Source: Breznakia sp. PF5-3 (GTDB lineage Bacteria; Bacillota_I; Bacilli_A; Erysipelotrichales; Erysipelotrichaceae). From it: DNA of 32,000 nt. Below, in pieces: positions 25,986 through 32,000 of this stretch; position 1 is the first letter of the stretch; the number at the start of each line of letters is the position of its first letter. The DNA is taken from positions 1 to 32,000 of the forward strand of contig NZ_JAQFIQ010000025.1 in assembly GCF_029504745.1 (NCBI RefSeq), written 5' to 3'. Made by a program: the position numbers and the translations under genes. The notes beneath the pieces are model-generated. The model searched no databases. It was not told the DNA's origin and was given only the letters and a program-made list of their open reading frames with translations.

Positions 25986-26022
25986 ATCTTGTCAACCAAA
26001 AGGTAAAAAAGGAGAACTACTT

Positions 26023-27240
26023 ATGAAAAAAGAAATAAAAAAGATTGTACTAGCTTATTCTGGTGGATTGGATACATCAGTGATGATCCAATGGTTAAAA
26101 GAAAATTATGATAATCCTGAAATCATTGCTGTTTCTGGCGATGTTGGGCAAGCGGATGAATTGGAAGGATTAGAAGAAAAAGCACTAAAGACAGGTGCTA
26201 GCAAATTCTATGCTTTGGATTTAAAAGATGAATTTGTGGAAGACTTTATCTTCCCTTGTTTAAAAGCAAATGCTGTATACGAAAACGTATATTTATTAGG
26301 AACTGCTTTTGCTCGTCCACTTATTGGAAAAGGATTGGTTGATGTTGCACTTAAAGAAGGTGCCGATGCAATCTGTCATGGATGTACAGGAAAAGGAAAT
26401 GATCAAGTACGTTTCGAATTAGCAATCAAAGCCTTTGCTCCTGAAATGGAAATCATTGCCCCTTGGAGAACTTGGGAATTAAAATCAAGAGAAGATGAAA
26501 TTGCATATGCTGAGAAACACAATATTCCATTAAAAATAAACAGAGAAACAAACTATTCTAAAGATAAAAATATTTGGCATTTATCGCATGAAGGGTTGGA
26601 TTTGGAAGACCCAATGAACGAACCGAAATATGATCAAATCTTAGAAATGGGAGTTACTCCAGAAAAAGCACCTGATGTTCCTACGTATATTACGATAGAG
26701 TTTGAAAAAGGAATCCCTGTTGCTTTAGATGGAAAAAAGATGAAAGCACAAGAATTGTTACTTGCTTTAAATAAAGTTGGTGGTGAAAACGGTGTTGGTA
26801 TCATCGATATGGTAGAAAATCGGTTAGTTGGTATGAAATCAAGAGGGGTTTATGAAACACCTGGAGGAACGATTCTTTATAAAGCACACGAACTATTAGA
26901 AAGCATTACACTTGATAAAGAAACACAGCACTACAAGCAACAAATAGCAATCAAGTTTGGTGAAATCTTATACAATGGATTGTGGTTTACACCATTAAGA
27001 GAAGCATTGAGTGCTTTTGTAGATAAAACTAGCGAAACGGTAAATGGAAGTGTCAAACTAAAGTTATATAAAGGAAATATCACAAGTGCAGGAATCTCTA
27101 GTCCTGATACCTTGTATTCAGAACAAATTGCATCTTTTGGTGAAGATGATTCCTACGATCAAAATGATTCAGCAGGATTTATTAATTTATTTGGTTTACC
27201 AATCAAGGTAAAAGCCATGATGGACGCAAAAAAGAAATAA
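26023..27240 (+). CDS. argG: Argininosuccinate synthase
   Basis: 405 aa with the [12 protein letters not shown]-pyrophosphatase motif and [13 protein letters not shown]. Confidence 0.95.
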   Translation: MKKEIKKIVLAYSGGLDTSVMIQWLKENYDNPEIIAVSGDVGQADELEGLEEKALKTGASKFYALDLKDEFVEDFIFPCLKANAVYENVYLLGTAFARPLIGKGLVDVALKEGADAICHGCTGKGNDQVRFELAIKAFAPEMEIIAPWRTWELKSREDEIAYAEKHNIPLKINRETNYSKDKNIWHLSHEGLDLEDPMNEPKYDQILEMGVTPEKAPDVPTYITIEFEKGIPVALDGKKMKAQELLLALNKVGGENGVGIIDMVENRLVGMKSRGVYETPGGTILYKAHELLESITLDKETQHYKQQIAIKFGEILYNGLWFTPLREALSAFVDKTSETVNGSVKLKLYKGNITSAGISSPDTLYSEQIASFGEDDSYDQNDSAGFINLFGLPIKVKAMMDAKKK

Positions 27241-27241
27241 C

Positions 27242-27670
27242 ATGATTCGTTTAGCAACAATTGAAGATTATTCACAAATGTTTGCATTATGGAAAAATAC
27301 CATCGGTATGGGAATACGTTCACTTGATGATTCTAAAGCAGGAATCCAAAAGTTCATGAAACGCAATCCAAAGACAAACTTTGTGGCTGTAGAAGATGGA
27401 ACTATCATTGGTACTATCTTATGTGGACACGATGGACGACGTGCTTATATCTACCACATGGTAATAAAAGAAGCATATCGTCAACAAGGAATTGCTAAAC
27501 AATTGGTCGATCAAGTAATTGATGCATTACAAAAAGAAGATATCTACAAAGTAGCTTTAGTCACATATAAAACAAACAAACTTGGAAATGCCTTTTGGGA
27601 AACCATCGGCTTTCAAAAAAGAGAAGACTTAAATTATCGAAACTTATCACTAAATATAGAAAATGTATAA
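27242..27670 (+). CDS. GNAT-family N-acetyltransferase embedded in the arg operon
   Basis: 142 aa. The acetyl-CoA-binding motif is RQQGIAKQLV (Q/RxxGxG/A). Its ATG lies 1 nt after the argG stop. Confidence 0.8.
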   Translation: MIRLATIEDYSQMFALWKNTIGMGIRSLDDSKAGIQKFMKRNPKTNFVAVEDGTIIGTILCGHDGRRAYIYHMVIKEAYRQQGIAKQLVDQVIDALQKEDIYKVALVTYKTNKLGNAFWETIGFQKREDLNYRNLSLNIENV

Positions 27671-27683
27671 AAAGGAGAAGCTT

Positions 27684-29060
27684 ATGAAATTATGGGGTGC
27701 AAGATTTACAAAAGAAAGCAATCAAAAATTAAATGACTTTAATTCCTCTATTGGAATTGATTCTTTGATGTATAAACAAGATATCAAAGGTAGTATTGCA
27801 CATGTTACGATGCTGAAAAAACAATCGATTATCCCTGCTGTGGATGCAGATTTAATTGTTAAAACATTAAAGCAAATCGAAGAGGATATCGATAATCATA
27901 CTTTAGACATTGATATGGAAGCTGAAGATATCCATATGTTTATCGAACAAGAATTAACAAATCGCATTGGTGATGCTGGCAAAAAACTTCATACTGCACG
28001 TAGTCGTAATGATCAAGTAGCCTTGGATTTCAGAATGTACAGCATTGATAAAAGCCAAGAAATCATATCTTTATTGAATCAATTGATTGAGACCCTATGT
28101 CATAAAGCAGAACTTAATTTAGATGCAATTATGCCTGGATACACGCACTTACAAAGAGCACAGCCAATTACTTTTGCTCATCATCTAATGGCATATGTTG
28201 AAATGTTCAAACGGGATAGTGAAAGAATTAAGCAATCTGTGGAAAGAACAAAAGTATCTCCACTTGGTTGTGGAGCCCTTGCTACCACAACATATCCAAT
28301 CGATCGTGAACTAACAAAAGAATTGCTTGGTTTCAACGAAGTCGCTTTAAACAGTTTGGATGGTGTAAGTGATCGTGATTTCGCCATTGAATTAGCAAGC
28401 AATATTTCAATTGCTATGATGCATCTTTCTAGATTTAGTGAAGAAATTGTCTTATGGAGTTCATGGGAGTTTAAATTCATTGAACTTGATGATGCATTCG
28501 CTACAGGTTCAAGCATCATGCCTCAGAAAAAAAATCCCGATATCTGTGAATTGATAAGAGGAAAAACAGGCAGAACATATGGTAATTTAAATAATTTACT
28601 TACGATGATGAAAGGACTATCCCTTGCATATAATAAAGATATGCAAGAGGATAAAGAAGCCCTTTTTGATAGCATTGAAACAATCATCGTATGTTTAGAA
28701 ACGATTATCCCTATGATTGATACATGTAATGTCTTAAAGGATAATATGCGCTCTGCTGCTGCTAAAGGATTTATTAATGCAACTGATTGTGCAGATTACC
28801 TTACCAAAAAAGGAATGCCATTTAGAGATGCATATGGAGTAATTGGAAAACTTGTAAACTATGCAATTACCAACGATAAAGTATTAGAGTCTTTAACTTT
28901 AGAAGAATATCAAGAAGCAAGTAATTTATTTGAAGAAGATATTTATAAAGCAATTGCTTTAGATACTTGTGTAAATAATAGAAGTGTTGTTGGAGGTCCA
29001 GCCCCACAAACAGTAAAACAACATATTGATTTTGTATTACAAAAACTTAAGGAGGAGTAA
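27684..29060 (+). CDS. argH: Argininosuccinate lyase
   Basis: The likely start is ATG 27684 (MKLWGARF), with AAGGAG 7 nt upstream; the track start is 27663. The fumarate-lyase signature is GSSIMPQKKNPD. Confidence 0.95.
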   Translation: MKLWGARFTKESNQKLNDFNSSIGIDSLMYKQDIKGSIAHVTMLKKQSIIPAVDADLIVKTLKQIEEDIDNHTLDIDMEAEDIHMFIEQELTNRIGDAGKKLHTARSRNDQVALDFRMYSIDKSQEIISLLNQLIETLCHKAELNLDAIMPGYTHLQRAQPITFAHHLMAYVEMFKRDSERIKQSVERTKVSPLGCGALATTTYPIDRELTKELLGFNEVALNSLDGVSDRDFAIELASNISIAMMHLSRFSEEIVLWSSWEFKFIELDDAFATGSSIMPQKKNPDICELIRGKTGRTYGNLNNLLTMMKGLSLAYNKDMQEDKEALFDSIETIIVCLETIIPMIDTCNVLKDNMRSAAAKGFINATDCADYLTKKGMPFRDAYGVIGKLVNYAITNDKVLESLTLEEYQEASNLFEEDIYKAIALDTCVNNRSVVGGPAPQTVKQHIDFVLQKLKEE

Positions 29061-29061
29061 G

Positions 29062-30102
29062 ATGAAAAAACTTAAAGTTGGAATCATTGGTGCCAGTGGT
29101 TATGCAGGAGCAGAATTACTACGCTTGTTACTTACTCATCCAATGGTAGAAATCAGTGGTATTTATTCTCGTAGCTATCAAGGAAAACAAATAAGCGATT
29201 TGTACCCTGGATTTCAAAATATCACAAACTTAGTATTCAGCGATGAAGATTTACTTATTCAAAATAGTGATATTGTATTTGCATCATTACCTCATGGTAT
29301 CAGTGAACAATATGCAAAGAAATGTCATGAACAACATAAAAAATTTATTGACTTAGGTGCTGATTTCCGGCTTTATGATGAAGCTGATTACAAAACATGG
29401 TATAAGCTTTCTTATCATCAACCAGAATTGCATAAAGAAAGCGTCTATGGATTATCAGAAATATATAAAGATGCAATCAAGAATGCTTCTATTATTGGAA
29501 ATCCTGGATGTTATCCTACATCTATAGCCTTTGCATTATATCCTATTTTAAAACATGGTATTCAACAAGATAATCATTTTATCATTGATGCAAAATCAGG
29601 AGTTACAGGTGCAGGTAAAGAACCCTCTGAAACAACTCATTTCGCTAATGTGAATGAAGGGTTTCACCCTTATAAAGTTGCTGAGCATCGGCATACTCCA
29701 GAAATTGAACAAACCTTAAGTGCAATGGCAAACACAAATATTTCAGTAACTTTTGTACCTCATTTGTTACCAATTGATAGAGGAATTATATCAACTGTAT
29801 ATATAAGGATAGGAAAAGAACAAACATTAGAACAATTGCATACTCTTTATTCCAATGTATATCAAGCACACAAATTCATTCGTGTATTACCTTTGAATAA
29901 AACAACAAATTTAAAATATGTACAATATAGCAATTACTGTGATTTAAGTCTTCATCTTGATACACGTAGCAATACACTAATCGTTGTGGCTGCAATTGAT
30001 AATATGGTAAAAGGTGCAGCAGGACAAGCAATCCAAAATATGAATATAATGTATGATTTAGAAGAAGATATGGGGCTTACATTCATTCCCCCATCTTTCT
30101 AG
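29062..30102 (+). CDS. argC: N-acetyl-gamma-glutamyl-phosphate reductase
   Basis: The likely start is ATG 29062 (MKKLKVGIIGASGYAG), after AAGGAGG; the track start is 29026. The catalytic Cys motif is GNPGCYPT. Confidence 0.95.
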   Translation: MKKLKVGIIGASGYAGAELLRLLLTHPMVEISGIYSRSYQGKQISDLYPGFQNITNLVFSDEDLLIQNSDIVFASLPHGISEQYAKKCHEQHKKFIDLGADFRLYDEADYKTWYKLSYHQPELHKESVYGLSEIYKDAIKNASIIGNPGCYPTSIAFALYPILKHGIQQDNHFIIDAKSGVTGAGKEPSETTHFANVNEGFHPYKVAEHRHTPEIEQTLSAMANTNISVTFVPHLLPIDRGIISTVYIRIGKEQTLEQLHTLYSNVYQAHKFIRVLPLNKTTNLKYVQYSNYCDLSLHLDTRSNTLIVVAAIDNMVKGAAGQAIQNMNIMYDLEEDMGLTFIPPSF

Positions 30103-30113
30103 AAAGGAACATC

Positions 30114-31331
30114 ATGGAAATACAAAACAACCAAGGTATCTGTACACCAAAAGGATTTTATGCAAATGGAATTCATTGTGGGATACGCAAAAATAAAACT
30201 AAAAAAGATCTTTCATTGGTTTACAGTGATACGATGTGTATAGCAGCTAGTTGTTATACATTAAATAAAGTTCAAGGTGCTCCAATCAAAGTCACAAAAG
30301 AACATCTAAAAGATCATCAAGCACAAGCAATTATCATCAACAGTGGAAATGCAAATACATGTAATAGCAATGGTTTGGAAATTGCGAATCAAATGTGTGA
30401 GCTTACCGCAAATGCTTTACAGATTAAAAAAGAAGATATTATTGTCGCTAGTACTGGAGTGATTGGTGAGAAACTATCTATTAATCCCATTAAAAATCAT
30501 ATCGTTGAACTAGCAGAAGGTTTATCTAAAGATAAAGCACTTGCTGCCTGTGAAGGAATCATGACAACCGATACATATCCTAAGCAGTTTAATACAAGTT
30601 TTGAAATTGATGGGCATACATGTCACATTGGTGCGATGGCTAAGGGAAGTGGAATGATTCACCCGAATATGGCTACCCTTTTGTCCTTCATTACAAGTGA
30701 TGTTGATATCACTGCAGATATGCTCGATGAACTTATTCATGAAGTATGTAATGATACCTTAAATATGATTAGTATCGATGGTGATACTTCTACAAACGAT
30801 ATGTTGAGTATTTTATGTAATGGAAAAGCATTGAATCCACAAATTCGCGAAAAGAATGAAAACTATGCTATTTTTAAAAATGCGCTTTTAAAAATCTGCG
30901 AACAAATCTCAAGAACTATTGCCAAAGATGGTGAAGGTGCTACCAAACTATTAATATGTAATGTTACTCACGCTAAGGATACACCATCTGCAAAAGCAAT
31001 TGCTAAAAGTGTTATTCATAGTTCATTAGTAAAAAGTGCCATGTTTGGTTGTGATGCAAACTGGGGTAGAGTCTTATGTGCCATTGGATATAGTGATGCA
31101 ACTTATAATGCAGAAGTAATTGATGTTGCTTTTGAAAGTGCAAAAGGATGGATTGATGTTTGCAAACAATCACAAGGACTTTTGGTGGATGAAGATAAAG
31201 CATTAGAAATATTAAAAGAAGATGAGATTACAATCCATGTGAACATGCACGATGGTGATAAACAAGCTACCAGTTGGGGATGTGATCTAACATATGAGTA
31301 TGTGAAAATTAACGGCGAATACCGTACATAA
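30114..31331 (+). CDS. argJ: Ornithine acetyltransferase (ArgJ; mono- versus bifunctional not determinable)
   Basis: 405 aa. The autoprocessing site is PNMATLLSF (cleavage before the Thr in ATLL). The C-terminal YVKINGEYRT is typical of the family. Confidence 0.9.
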   Translation: MEIQNNQGICTPKGFYANGIHCGIRKNKTKKDLSLVYSDTMCIAASCYTLNKVQGAPIKVTKEHLKDHQAQAIIINSGNANTCNSNGLEIANQMCELTANALQIKKEDIIVASTGVIGEKLSINPIKNHIVELAEGLSKDKALAACEGIMTTDTYPKQFNTSFEIDGHTCHIGAMAKGSGMIHPNMATLLSFITSDVDITADMLDELIHEVCNDTLNMISIDGDTSTNDMLSILCNGKALNPQIREKNENYAIFKNALLKICEQISRTIAKDGEGATKLLICNVTHAKDTPSAKAIAKSVIHSSLVKSAMFGCDANWGRVLCAIGYSDATYNAEVIDVAFESAKGWIDVCKQSQGLLVDEDKALEILKEDEITIHVNMHDGDKQATSWGCDLTYEYVKINGEYRT

Positions 31332-31343
31332 GAGGTGATAGAA

Positions 31344-32000
31344 ATGATGAAAGATGCAATTAAAGAAGCTGAGATATTATCTCAAGCACTCCCATATATT
31401 CAAAAATACAGTAATAAGATTATTGTCGTAAAATATGGTGGTAACGCCATGAAAAACGAAGAGTTAAAACAGAATGTTATGACCGATATCGTATTATTAT
31501 CTGAAATAGGAATTCGTGTCGTTTTAGTTCATGGTGGTGGACCTGCTATCAATATCATGTTGGATAAAGTTGGGATAGAGCCAAAATTCATTGATGGGTT
31601 ACGCTATACAGGAAAAGAAACAATGGATGTTGTACAAATGGTATTAACTGGTCAAGTAAATAAGGAATTGGTTTCCATATTAAATGGAAAAGGTGCCAAA
31701 GCTGTTGGGGTAAGTGGAACAGATGCAAATTTAATTTTAGCGAAAAAACACCACACTCCACAAGATTTAGGTTTTGTAGGTGAAGTTGAATCTATTCAAA
31801 GCGATCTTATTTATGACCTCTTAGATCAAGGCTATATTCCTGTTATTGCATCCGTAGGATGTGATTCAGAAGGACAAGCTTACAATATCAACGCTGATAT
31901 TGCAGCATCGAGTATTGCACAAAAATTAGAAGCTGAAAATATGGTATTAGTCAGTGATGTTCCGGGAATCTTGAAAGATCCTAAAGATGAAACTAGTTTA
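31344..32000 (+). CDS. argB: Acetylglutamate kinase, N-terminal 219 codons (runs off the window end)
   Basis: Own translation from ATG 31344 (GAGGTG upstream) gives MMKDAIKEAEILSQALPYIQKYSNKIIVVKYGGNAM...VLVHGGGP...NINADIAA. The ORF track omits it because no stop lies in the window. Confidence 0.9.
   Translation, partial: MMKDAIKEAEILSQALPYIQKYSNKIIVVKYGGNAMKNEELKQNVMTDIVLLSEIGIRVVLVHGGGPAINIMLDKVGIEPKFIDGLRYTGKETMDVVQMVLTGQVNKELVSILNGKGAKAVGVSGTDANLILAKKHHTPQDLGFVGEVESIQSDLIYDLLDQGYIPVIASVGCDSEGQAYNINADIAASSIAQKLEAENMVLVSDVPGILKDPKDETSL

Noticed and set aside
25659-26026. ORFs 25659..25847 (-) and 25787..26026 (+).
   Set aside because: They fall entirely within the promoter and Arg T-box leader of argG, and their translated sequences have no protein-like features.

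Overview
AT-rich chromosomal segment from a low-GC Gram-positive (Bacillota, possibly Erysipelotrichia- or Clostridia-like; taxonomy is inferred only from T-box leaders, an ECF S-component, an LPXTG-like sorting signal and lipoprotein signals). Stops are TAA, TAG and TGA, so code 11. Most of the window is core metabolism. An arginine biosynthesis operon (argG, a small GNAT, argH, argC, argJ, argB; 26.0-32.0 kb) sits behind an Arg(CGC) T-box leader. A pantothenate-to-CoA salvage cluster (panT-like ECF S-component, coaBC, coaX) lies at 18.3-20.9 kb. A Trp(UGG) T-box controls a COG2984/4120/1101-type ABC importer at 9.7-12.8 kb. An FtsX/ATPase ABC pair lies at 12.9-15.0 kb. A minus-strand membrane-lipid operon (unknown membrane protein, cardiolipin synthase, patatin-like lipase) lies at 22.2-25.6 kb. 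A 919-aa beta-helix surface protein and a DUF1846/UPF0371 gene are also present. Three IS features interrupt this: the 5' end of an IS200/IS605 tnpA at the left edge, a ~1.2 kb IS3-family element with an abnormal orfA/orfB junction (16.6-17.8 kb), and a 621-bp internally deleted IS3-family derivative with intact inverted repeats (21.6-22.2 kb). The best candidate for an undescribed system is the translationally coupled minus-strand operon DeoR regulator, NanE-like barrel, glycyl radical enzyme (eliminase-type Cys-x-Glu loop), activase (4.9-9.6 kb). Four 10-bp-phased AGTCAT repeats precede it and may be its operator. A second candidate is an orphan two-gene cassette (soluble 233-aa protein plus a two-TM protein) next to the IS3 element. 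All functional calls rest on motif recognition by eye; no database search was run.
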